A stretch of 54,548 bases of DNA, filler included, from Catajapyx aquilonaris (taxonomy: Eukaryota): NCBI GenBank assembly GCA_000934665.2. It is 2 parts of 2 records of this genome, joined end to end, with 100 filler letters (N's around TTAATTAATTAA, not from the genome) between each part and the next. Parts side by side here need not be neighbours in the genome. Positions count along the whole stretch, not along the records: positions 27,283 to 54,548 come from JYFJ02005097.1; 1 more part is not named here. One strand, 5' to 3'. Shown here piece by piece: positions 36,201 to 48,387 of this stretch; position 1 is the stretch's first letter; each line of letters opens with the position of its first letter. A model generated the notes under the pieces. It was not told the DNA's origin. It searched no databases and saw only the letters and a program-made list of their open reading frames with translations. The position numbers and the translations under genes were made by a program.

Positions 36201-37076
36201 TTGGTTACCCCTGCCATGGCTGCATCCTGTGGACCACGTGGACTCTGGACGCTTTCGTGCGGCTGTCGTGTTAAAATAAAACTAATGTATGTGTCTATGT
36301 ATGTAAAACTATGTATATGCAAATGCTGCAATTCAGTTCTCCCCACTCCTCCCAACCCGCCATCCCATCTAGTTGCCTGTTGCAAGATAGCTTGAAGACA
36401 GCTGTCAAAATGATCTCTTGTATGTTTCATGTCATCCGATTGAGGCACTGATTTGTATACCTAGATTCTAGATACAGTTCACCGGATTGAGGAAGGGAGT
36501 TATTTGTAAATATTTTAACACAAAAAGTGGTCATTACCCTGCCTACGCTGATCAAATGATAAGTATTTCGAAGACAGGTATTAAAGGAATGCGCCTAGAC
36601 AAATGCAAACCTGGACTAGGTACAGTACTGCACCATCAAAACGGTAGAAAATAGTAAAAATTAATTTATATTGCAGTGGTACATATTTACCTTATTGTGT
36701 TCAACCTTACACTGAGGCAACCCGTTGGGGAGTTGTAATAATAAACATGAAATATCATTTACGAGGGGCACAAAATTTAAGCTTATTCAGTAAAGTGTGC
36801 ATGACCAGGGGGAAAAAAGGGCAGTGCATGTTAGACTAAAGCAATATTACTCAAACGGCAACGATAGAGTAAGCTGGAATAATTACGCTGCATATCAGAA
36901 CACCAGGAAGTAAACATTGAGGATTGAGGGCATAACAGTACTTCAACTGTTCTCCTGATTGCAAAGGAATTTTCCATTCATAACAATAGGCGACGTTGGA
37001 TTCGTCAGGAAAGACACGTGACAGCCCACGTGCTGATAATATGTAAGCATGGATAAGAGTGGATTCATTCGAAGGA

Positions 37077-37161
37077 GGTACTGTCGGCGAGCGGTCTAAG
37101 GCACTGATGGTTTACGGCACCAGTCTCTTCGGAGGCGAGGGTTCGAATCCCTCCGCTGATA
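37077..37161 (+). pseudogene. tRNA-Leu-derived pseudogene
   Basis: CGAGCGGTCTAAGGC D arm, CCAGTCTCTTCGGAGGC Leu-type variable arm, GGTTCGAATCC T loop and a downstream T6 terminator; acceptor stem does not pair, and there is a 3-nt insertion in the anticodon stem. Confidence 0.8.
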
Positions 37162-37458
37162 AGCGTTTTTTATATTACTTTATATGTTGATTTGGCGATT
37201 TATCATATTTAATATGTATGTAGGCATCTTTATGTTGACATGTAATTACTCATTGCATACATTAAAATGTTGTTACATTAGGCAGATGTGAAATTATGTT
37301 TTGCAAAACATCAGTGACACAGTATGCCGCTATGATATTCTTTGCAACTTAAAATAATTGAGTATAGCTTGATCCAGAGAATGTTACTGACGTCACAATG
37401 GACATGAATGGATTTTAACAATGTCAACAAAGAAATAGATAACGCAATTAAAGACTTA

Positions 37459-37605
37459 AGGCCGTTTTCTCGAACAGTGGTTCAAATGTAAACCAGGTTC
37501 AAAGCCAGTTTAATCCCTGATTTGATTGTTGTTAGGCTGTTGTCAAGGGTTTAAATCGGCTTTGAACCGGGTTTACATTTGAACCACTGTTCGAGAAAAC
37601 GGCCC
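37459..37605. mobile_element. PIF/Harbinger-type palindromic MITE; related fragment at ~3265-3328
   Basis: AGGCCGTTTTCTCGAACAGTGGTTCAAATGTAAAC / GTTTACATTTGAACCACTGTTCGAGAAAACGGCCC with TTA on both flanks. Confidence 0.85.
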
Positions 37606-40600
37606 TTAGGACATCTGTCCAATCTGCTGGCACTTCCAACGATGCCACATCAGTTGGTGTTGGAATAATAATTTACGTAGTATTTCATATTCTGAAATAT
37701 TTTTAAATATTGCCTTTAAATATTTGCCTTTTGGGCTTCTACAGTCATGCTTATCGCCTTATCGGCCATCTTAATGCCAATTGTGTGCTCTCTGGTTATT
37801 TTGCAAATGAGTTAGAACTTAGAAGTTAGTAACAATATTAAACACACACAAACTGTCTGCTTTATATAGAGGGAATTTAGATAAGGTTCATCTTTAACAT
37901 GCGATGCAAGCTTGTTCTTTATAAGTTCATAAACATACGTACGGTAAGCCGTAAGAAATCTGAAATTATGCGTTGTAACACAACGTCGCGCAGAATTTTG
38001 CAAGTATACTTCATTAATATTTTAAAAAATACATTAAACGCCTACCTTGTTACTTAGGAAGTGATGACTCATTTTGAAACTTGACACCTTTCGTTAGGTT
38101 TGAAAGTTTCAAGTTGATAGAGAATGACAATAGAGGCTGTGATATCATTAGGCATATAGAGCAGAATGGCAAACCCCGTGCGATATGCTACGTAGCTTCC
38201 ATTTGCACAGCGTGACGAGTGCTGGGCCTGAAACAGCCGGAAGTTATGTGTAAAGCTTGGAGTGCATATTTTACTCTTCCTAATGCATCTGGGAAATAAT
38301 CAAATGGTCTATGTTTATGGGATGCGGGAGCCTATGGTCGGAATAATCTCCCAAGTACTTCAGTCCTAAAGGAAACCGTGGAGTAAATCCAACCCACATC
38401 CCCCCCCACCTGGGAATCTCTCTTCAATTATTCCGGCAGATTACGCTAGGGCTGTGCGTTTTCTATCCCTGGACTGGACGGCCGGACGTCACTAGAAGAT
38501 TGAGTAAAATGGGTTCTGTGATGGAATGGGAACTCATCCTCTTAAAGGATTGAGGCATTGGTGCAAGTTATCTCCAGCGTACTTTGGCGGAAATTGAGAT
38601 TCGCATAATTAGGCCGAATCTGCTTAGCTGAGGCATTGACTTGTATAGATAGCTTTCATTTCACCTTTGTCCTGGGATTGAAATTAATCAAGGAGAGAAA
38701 GCTTAGTGTCGATAAACAAGCGCGTAGTCGTATACGCGTACGATATATATTTTTTCTTCTCCCAGTTGGGATGCAGACTTGGGAAGAATCCAAAGTCTGG
38801 TGGACGGCAGCAGTTTTCCTCGTAAATCTCCCTCCCCAACGTCCATATATATACTCCACAGAGTTATCAGCACAAAGCTGTCGCGGCTTGAGTGAAAAGG
38901 CAAGACGAATGGATGGCGGAAAGAAGGAGATAACTTCCTTCCGAAAAGAGGTTTTAGGGATGTGTGGGAGCTAGGAGGGTGGGGAGGGGGGAATCAATGA
39001 TCCTTTGACTTCATCAAGAAATTCCGGTGACCCGGATGACCAGCGTCCGGGAAAAGAAGATTACTGGGGAGGAAGAAGTGGCAGAGGGGATTTTTTTTTT
39101 TTCTTCCAAACCCTAGCGATAACGTTGGACATGCCCTGTTTTTTCCCACCTCCCCCATCCTTGATCCAACTGCCGACCAAACGTGACTTGTGCTTGAAAT
39201 TGCCCCCTCCTTTCCACCTGACCTCCTTCCTTGACATAGTTTAGCAGCATTCTGTAATCCTAGACTGCGTCCTGTTTTCCCAGGAAATGACATAAGGCAA
39301 TTTCGAATATTGTAAGCCCCTGCTGCGTATTTCGGATACAGCTGAGTCTGAATGCAATTTGGCCTAACTAGTAGTGGGATTGCTCCAGTCGGACTTTCCC
39401 TGCACAAAGTGAACCCTACTGGCGAGGATCCCTCGTAAACAAAGCTTGAGATGGGTTGCGGGTTTGCAAAGGGAAGGCAGGGGGCATGGACCACGGGGAG
39501 CTTCCCCCCCCCCCCCCCCNCCCCCCCCCCCCCCCCCCCGAACCCATTTCGATAAATAGGGCCCAGGACTACAGGCGCGCTACAGCGGATTGGGGGAAGC
39601 AATAAACAGCATCATGGAAGCCATGAATCGCGGCTTAGGACTCGGCTGGCCAAGAACTAAGAACACCAAAGTCACTGCCTTTGCCCCTGTTCTTGGTAGG
39701 CCTCAAGATACGTATTAAATGCCAACAGCAGAAAGTGGGTCATTATCAAGAAGAGGGTTTTACGACACACTGTAAACATCATGGAGGTTACTGTAAATGC
39801 AAAATGCAACTCATTAAAACTGTATTTATTGCAGCTCTATTCTCTGACCGAGTTTCTAGGACCTTGTTTGTAATAGAGGGTGGTACGAAATGCGCGAATT
39901 TCCTTAGGGACTTAGGCTTCTTGCGAATTTCTAAGACAAAATTACCATATTTGATTTTGGTGGTTTCGGCTTCATTGCGGAGATAATCGTTTGTTAAGTT
40001 TTGAATCGCAATATAGCTGGGGATGGGGGTTCCTTCTGCAGACCAGGTGGCGCATATTGCAGAGATGCTTGGTCGCTGAAACAGCCCAAATCAACTAGAG
40101 TAATTTCGCCTTAGAAATGGGCAAAATTCGAGAAGTGCACCTTTCATACCACCCTAAACTTGGGCATAGAAATGCAATAAACACATCAATAATATCAGCT
40201 GCATTTTAGAAACAACCTTCTCCATGCAGTAACAATATTCCTACAGTATGCCATGAAATATAGTGCTTCTAGAATTTAATTGAAACTGTAGCATTACGAA
40301 GAGAATGATAAAATGCTTTCTTAAAACGGACCAGTTCGTCAACATATTCTGCCTAGAAATCTTGACAAACCCACTTCAAATTTCCAGGGCGACACAAACG
40401 GATAAAGCACCAGGAAAATTAGCGGGCTTGAGAAGCCTAAAGTATGCACCGCAAATCCAACAGTGTATAGATTTAATATTAGGCGACGCATGGATGGCAG
40501 CTTAACGAATGTCTTTTGGAGTGCGGACGTCGAGTGGGGCAAATAAATTTCACCGTGCTCTGTTAAATCTGCGCCCATTAATGCCTAGCGCAAACTAATG

Positions 40601-43600
40601 GATCGAGGAATTTGCCGAAAGGAATTCCAGTAGCTACCATTCAGACCTATACCTGGTGACAGCCCTAATAAGTCACGGCTTTGCAAAGTATGAAGCCAAC
40701 GATAGCTTTCAGCCGCATTTGCAGCACGTTATCCTCAACTATGGTCATCTAGGAGCTCAATCCAGAATATTCAACGGGTCAAATTGTCTGACCTTCATGC
40801 CTCTAAAATTAAGTTTATGCCGACAATCCCAAGGCACATAGATGGGCAAAAAAAAAAGTAGTTGGTGTGGAGCAGGCTTTCAGGGAAATGAGAGTGAGAT
40901 CCTTGGCTTGCTCGACCTCGACTAAGGATGCAAGTATGCCCTCGCACGGGTGCAAATGGAGCTGAATTAGCCAGAGGCGCCCCGAAAGCTCATGCTGGCC
41001 TCTCATAGAGAGAAGAGAGAGCCAGAGTGGGAGAGTTGGGGCCTAACTTGCAAGGAGGGCGCAATCATCCCCATTACCCCATCCTCCTCCTAACTACCTG
41101 CATTATTCCAAAGCCTGTTATTGTTTCCCAAGCAGTCGACATTGTCTGGGAGATTTCATTTGCGGGAGAGGAGCAGACCCCCTTTCCCTTGTTCGGGACT
41201 CATGGGCGCTTCCCGCAGATAAATAACCCAGCTTTCATCTCTTGGTGAGGCAAATTGAGACCTGGGGAACTAGTGGTCAGGCACCAAAACTCGAGGGTTA
41301 ATGGGGGGAGTCTGCTCACTTTGGGGAGAGGGGCAGTAAAAATTCATTGTATTCACTTTCCTGGGTGCTGGAAGCATTCTCGGTGGTGAAGTGAGTTCCC
41401 CGGAGGAGGACCCCGTTTGGGATAGATAAGTCTTAATTATTGGATGGATAGGGGCGTATGAGTCCAGGTATTCTCATTCATGGTCGAATGGTAGAAAAGC
41501 AGTATTAAAACAATATAACATATTATTGTGCATGCTACTGGATTTATAACCAGACTTGAAAATTCTTGAAGCTTTGAATTGGCTCAAAAACCATTGTTAG
41601 ATAAATGCATATTTTATCAAATTCTGTGGTCTTTTGGAGTTAAAAACTGCGCATTTTAAATCAGGGTTTTGAAAATTTTCTATTTGCTGCATGCTTGGGA
41701 CTATCTTACATTTATCCCTTAGGAGTACACTAATTCATTCTATGCTTTCACTGAATACCCCGGAGCAATATAAGCTTCGGACAAACTCTCTGCCTCGTAT
41801 TTGCCTCAAACTGCAATTCAGTGACCACTGGCTTTCCAAGCTTAAATCCAATCATGAAACTGGACTCGTCACATCCAATGCAAATGCCCACATTAGGTTC
41901 AAGTTGCTTCAAATCCGATTAGAAGGTGCATGAAGGCAGACATAGGAAAGTAAATAAATCGTGAATCCAGCAAGAAGCGCAATGCCCGATAATACCCACG
42001 GGACTCGAGTCGACCAGTATCCTCCCAGAAACTGTAAACCATTGTGAAAAGAGTGCGTGTAGCATTCGGGGCTTTTAATCAGTAGACGCGGCACGTTGAA
42101 AGGACATGTGGTGTAGGACAGGCTCCAACAAGAGAGTAGAGCGAATTAACATGCGCTCAATATCCGATGGCCCCTTGCAATTTTCCCAGTTCACCCCCTC
42201 CGAAATATGATCGGTAGGGGAAATTGCTCTCGGGGTGAAATCCTACTCGTGGAGAAGAGGAAGCCGTGGCTCGCCCAGAGGAGTGATATTGGATGCCGCC
42301 AAGGGTTATTTAAGAGGAAGAAGCCGCATGCTCGCGTGCTTCCTGCAGCTGGACAGAAAATATCTCCCTCTGGAAGAAAATATTTCCCCGTGAATTCCTT
42401 CTCCTGGTAGGCGAGGAAACCGTTCCGAATTCAATACTCCACCTGACCTAATTAGAGCCTTGTTCCTTGCGTATTAATTAGAGCTCCCTCTGCCATATAT
42501 TTGGTCTCTAATATCTTGGCAAAACGTGCACGCAATTTCTCTGGGCTTTTGCGGACGGAATGGGTTGCATGCCGAGTAATGAAGCAGTGCGAAAACGGCT
42601 CCGGCACTATCTCTCACATATACTTTGCCGTTGCAGCCAGTCTTTGCTCTGAGCACCTGCAGGCGACCAATGAGAAATGGCACTCCCCCAGTTTCAATTA
42701 CGACTCGGGTCACCAAAACTCAGCCAGCTCCAAAGCACCGAGTATAAATAACGCCCTAGCCAAGTTGCTGCGACTCTCGGCACTTTGGCACAGGTGCTAC
42801 CAGTAACACACAGCTACTTTTTTTTTCTGACGATTCTGAGTGTGCTTGTGACAAGCAGTCGTTCTGACGGTTCGACCGTAATGTGCAAAAATTCCAGGTG
42901 CTCTCTTCGAGAAAGAGCTTGGAAGTTGCAAGGGCCTGGAAGGGGTCGGGGAAAATGAAGAGTGTCGGATAGGTCTCTAGAGGAAAAGTGCACGACGTGA
43001 GGAGTTGAGTCTGGTTGGAAGACAAATGAGGTCACGTAGAGTATGAGACAGAGAAAGCCTTCAAGGAGTTTCCTTGCGCTTTGTTTCTCCAACAAGCCTA
43101 TATGTGTGCTGCAAATGCTAGAGAGTAACCGCAGGGTCTGGCACTGGAATAATATGCTTGATAACAAGATAGAGTATTGGACCTCCGCCCGAGTTCCAGA
43201 GATTGCTGGCCAACGCAACGGGAGGAGATGGGGGAAAAGGAAAAGCCATCGAGCGTGCTGAGACCTAATAGGCAGAAGGTCGTGGAACCAGTACTATGCG
43301 ACTAATTAGCTGCGATTGTACATACATGCGGTATAAAAGCCAATGCAGTATATGGTTTTTGCAAGCACCCTCGCATTTAGGCCGAGTGGTTTCCTCTATC
43401 CAAGTGAAGTGGTGGAAAATGAACTTGTCGTTTCAGCGCAATCAATTTCAAAGGACCCGTACTTGTATAGTCTAGGTCCAGCCAGACGAAATGGCCGCAT
43501 CATTATTTGGGAAATGAGCGGTATTCGAGGCACTTCATTGCTGGCAGTTATCATTAGACTGGCCCCGAGTGTAGGGCCGATAATTGGCCAATTACTTTGC

Positions 43601-44900
43601 AAACGTGTGTTGCACAGTGGTCCCATGTCCATGTTTGCCTCTTGCGTCGGGAGACTTTAACGGACCCGCCTTCGCGCTGTAAAGTCACACGGAATTATAG
43701 TCCCTCCAAGCTTTTCAAAAGAAAGGCACTAACGAATTTGAACCAGCATTTTGCCATCGCTTTTCTTGTCGACAAACATTGTCCCAGCGAAATGATTTCC
43801 GGAATAGATCTGCACCTATCTCGGCAGCGCTTTCGGCACAAAAAGATATGACGACCACCTTCCTCCATTTCAAGCTTAATGAATCTTGCAGCATTCGTCG
43901 GAATTATTCTCCGAGTCTTTCACAAACAAAACGCCTGGGTACAATTCCCACCACACTTTTCCGGCGTTCCTCTTCTAGCATCGATCCTTGTGGTATGACT
44001 TGAGTCCCGAGGTTCTCACCACTTGGCAGAGTCTTCATCTTGTTAGTTTTGAGTATGAATCACACGAGGAGGGGGGGAAAAAAATGAAGAATTTCATTAC
44101 CCCCCAGAATGCACCGATAAGTGGCTCATTTGTTAACACCCTAGCTGAAACAGCATTCAAAGCCGCGTGGAGGAATTTCTCAACGCCGATATTTTATCCC
44201 ATTCTTTTTAGAGAAAGAAATTTCCAGACCATTTCTGGCTTGTCCGGGCCCCCCCGGAGACGAGCGTTCCCGGAATCCATTTGATCGCGTGAGAGTACAA
44301 AGAACGGTCGAGAGGTTTCCTGCAGGAGCAGAGGGCAGACTGGAAGCAATCCATCCCCGACGCCTAACGTCTAATTGGAGTCGTAATTAGACTAAATGAT
44401 CGCCGCCCTCTTGCCCAGCCCACCCGCGTCCTTTTGATGTCGGCCAGATTGGACTTTCTTTTCCTGGACTACAGAAAATAATGGTGGAGCTAGAAGCGTT
44501 CCAAACTGCTGTTATTACGTTACGTCTAAATGGATATAGACTAGAAGCACTTGACAGTAATAAGGATGCCCTTCGCCGCTTGGAAATGCTGCTGGAATAA
44601 ATTACCGATACTTATTAGATGAAAGCGACCTAAGAAACTTCGCCGCATTGTTGATATTCTGGCCCGACATTTTGCAAACTGTCGACGATGTAGGACTTAA
44701 TTATCGCATTTTTCAGAGATTTTTCTTTATAGTCTGTTCATGTCATGCGAAAGAGTTGGCTTAAATTGTTAGTCGCACCCAGGAATGCGTCGAGCAGCTA
44801 CAAAGAAGTGCCGTCAACGAACATTTTTCCATGACTACGCTACCGTAATTTACGGATAACTTATTCCCCTAATGTAAGTTTATTTTTTGAATGCAATATA

Positions 44901-45261
44901 CAGTTGAGAATCCATTATGAGAAATTCCGAAATCCAAAAACCTCTGAAATCCGAAAGCCTCCAAAATCCGAAAGTTTTCACAAATCACAAATAGAAAATT
45001 CCATATGAGTGTGACATTATAGCGTCATTACCTGCATCTGCAAGTATTGATTTTTTTAAAAATGTATGTGAAACTACCTACAGGGTTTATGTATAACAAC
45101 TATTACGAAAATAATGTAAATAGATCTTGTGTGAAGGCACATATCACATCCCAAATCTGTCCCATTTTATAGATGCAACGTACACGTATTCCAAAATCCA
45201 AAAAAATCGAATTCCGAAATACACCCGGTCCCAAGCATTTCGGATAAAGGATTCTCAACTG
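44901..45261. mobile_element. pogo/Tigger-type MITE
   Basis: TIRs CAGTTGAGAATCC / GGATTCTCAACTG, TA on the left flank, AAATCCGAAA subrepeats. Confidence 0.8.
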
Positions 45262-45401
45262 CATAGTGCATAGTCAACTGTTGGATAGTTGAAAAAATCT
45301 CCATTACTGATTAATCCTTTATTAATATTGTAATTTTCTTTTTACCAACTTTTGAATCTTTGAGCAAGCAATTATTATTGCAGAGCATGCAGATCAAGAG
45401 C

Positions 45402-48387
45402 ATGATTGGGGACATTCACACATCACTTCCGGTGACGGCCGGAGCCATTAAAAGTCAAGCATCCTTCCCTCCTCCCTGAGTCACGGTTCCCTTCACGAAA
45501 TACAGTACCGTATCGAAAAAATCAACAGTCAACAATAGAATGGCTCTAACAATGGGAGACGCGTTTTACTCTGGAAAAGGGGCTGTCTTTTGCCTCGCTC
45601 TCAAATAAACCACTCCGTCCTCTATGGAAAGTATTTCTCATAGTCAGATAAATGCCAGAAAAATAATATCTAAAGCTCATATCCACGACGAAAATCTTTA
45701 TGATGGACGAAAAGCAATGCTCCTAGGTGTGAGCTCGTTCCATTCCAAGTATACCTGACCGACAGAATGATCTGTTTCTCATTCATAATTCTGAGTAAGG
45801 CAACAATAAAAAAATATTTATATCAAAATCCAAAAACAATATTAGCAAAGGTGGCGGTCCACTATTGTGGTCTGTTCCCTGTACTGAGCAGCTCACGTAC
45901 GTGTGGGCTAACTCGGTTCACTTGCCGTAGTATACATGCGGATGGTGGCAGCTATTGTATCTAAATGTATATGTTGTTCGTGAGCAAAATCGCCATGGCA
46001 TCCAATCCTCCCATTTTCACACCGATAGGACCCACGGGCGAAGCAGAGGGGCGAAATTTGTACCTTGGAGTTCGGCCCTTGTTCTATTGGGAAGGGGGCG
46101 GGGACATATGGTTATGAAAAAAGGTGGGGGTGGAAGAATCGTCATTTAAAACTACAGTATTTAAGGTTAATGTTTGAGCAAGTTAATCCTTTATGTCCAA
46201 AGTCGCCGTGCCATCTTCTGTTGTGATTTTCACGCCGATACAAACAGTGGCCGAAAAAGACACTTGTATTTTGGAGTCCTGCCCTTGGTTCGATTGGGGA
46301 AGTTGATCTGATATTTTTCGAGTGCAAGGAATAATGAACTCAGGCAGGAATAACAATCACGTACTGTACTATGGAATGTGCCTAGTATATTTTTATTTTA
46401 CTCTCAGTTATCAGGGATATCGCTTTCTGATGAAGCACTCTTCTGCCACTGAAGACTCGATTTAGTGCAGCGTGTACAGATTGAGGTAGAGTTTGGCATC
46501 CTCAGAAATAAACCTGTAAAGCGTAATTGCCTTTTGCGAGTTTCGAAGCGGCGTTCCCGATTTGTGTTGTTCGTAATACGCACTGCACTCCCGCTTATCC
46601 GGGCTAATGGCTGCTCGGGTGTCGCCAGATCCAATAATCGGAAAACCACGGATAATCAGAAAATGGTCCTACATACCGTAAAATGAGCTATTCGCAGGTT
46701 TTAAATGAACCACTGCACGGTTTGTACAATGTACATACTGTATTCTGCTTTAAATAATATGAATCGTAATTAGAAACTATTCCCTGCATCTTTTGTTTGT
46801 CTTCTGGAAAAAGTCTGTGATGATTGGGGACATTCACACATCACTTCCGGTGAAGGCCGGAGCCATTAAAAGTCAAGCATCCTTCCCTCCTCCCTGAGTC
46901 ACGGTTCCCTTCACGAAATACAGTACCGTATCGAAAAAATCAACAGTCAACAATAGAATGGCTCTAACAATGGGATACGTGTTTTCCTCTGGAAAAGGGG
47001 CTGTCTTTTGCCTCTCCTTCAAATAAACCACTATGTCCTCTATGGAAAGTATTTCTCATAGTCAGATAAATGCCAGAAAAATAATATCTGAAGCCCATGT
47101 CCACGAAGAAAATCTCTATGAATGACGAAAAGCAATGCTCCTAGGTGTGAGCTCGTTCCATTACAAGTATATCTGACCGAAATTATTGGGCTGTTTTCAT
47201 TTGGGTGTTAATAAGTTAAAAAATATATATATTTATATCAAGACCAAAACTAATATTAGTAAAGGTGGCGGTCCACTATTGTGGAGTGTTTCCTATACTG
47301 ACAGTGAGCAGTCCACGTGTTCGTGTTGGGCTAGCTCGGGTCACTTGCCCTAGTATGCATGCGGATGGTGGCAGCTATTGTATCTAAATGTATATGTTGT
47401 TCGTGAGCAAAATTGCCACTTTTTTCGATTGTGCTCTGTTTTAGCCATGAATGAATAATCCTCACCCGGATAATCGGGAATACAGTGTAATGCCATATAA
47501 CAAAATGGATTCGTACACGTAGTCTGTATCTGTCTATTCACCCGTTGCATTATTCCATGCACTCGAAAATTATCCAATCTACGAGTACCAAGGCCGGACT
47601 CCAAAGTACAAATTTCGTCCCCCTGTTTCGCCCGTGGGTCCTATCGGAGTGAAAATAGCAGGATAGGATACAATTGCGATTTCAGGCGTATTCACATTAT
47701 TTCCGCACATGTATCGCAAATAGTTTGGAAATGGCAATTTTTTTTCGTATACCCCGACTTTTTTTACACCTTTGAGTTCGGCCCTTATATACTATTGGGC
47801 TTATTCAAATATAGTCTATCTATATTCTTTAAGAAATACATGAATATGGAAAATGACGCTCCATGTGCAATGTGCATGTAGGTAAACCAAAGCAGTATGC
47901 AATATTATTCCCCTAACATAACTGTCCACGTATCGAAAAATCAACAGTCAACAATAGAATGGCTCTATCAATGGGAGACGCGTTTTACTCTGGAAAAGGG
48001 GCTGTCTTTTGCCTCGCTCTCAAATAAACCACTCCGTCTTCTATGGAAAGTATTTCTCATAGTCAGATAAATGCCAGAAAAATAATATCTAAAGCTCATG
48101 TCCACGACGAAAATCTTTATGATGGACGAAAAGCAATGCTCCTAGGTGTGAGCTCGTTCCATTCCAAGTATACCTGACCGACAGTATGAACTGTTTCTCA
48201 TTCATAATTCTGAGTAAGGCAATCAATAAAAAAAATATTATATCAAAATCCAAAAACAATATTAGCAAAGGTGGCGGTCCACTATTGTGGTCTGTTCCCT
48301 GTACTGAGCAGCCCACGTACGCGTGGGCTAACTCGGGTCACTTGTCGTAGTATAGCATATATGCTGATGGTGGCAGCTCTTGTATCT
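45402..48387 (+). repeat. Second cluster of the same duplication family (three more partial units starting ~45402, ~46423, ~47929)
   Basis: 46423-47930 is colinear with 27283-28778; 45402-46240 resembles the rearranged unit at 34790-35650. Confidence 0.93.

Noticed and set aside
36185..36460. Possible Tc1/mariner transposase C-terminal remnant (VYKSVPQSDDMK)
   Set aside because: Resemblance is too short, with no DDE motif or TIR nearby.
38994..39602. 202-aa minus-strand ORF and other ORFs in 38600-44300
   Set aside because: No recognisable domain, many have non-ATG starts, and this one runs through homopolymer tracts; consistent with chance ORFs in GC-richer DNA.
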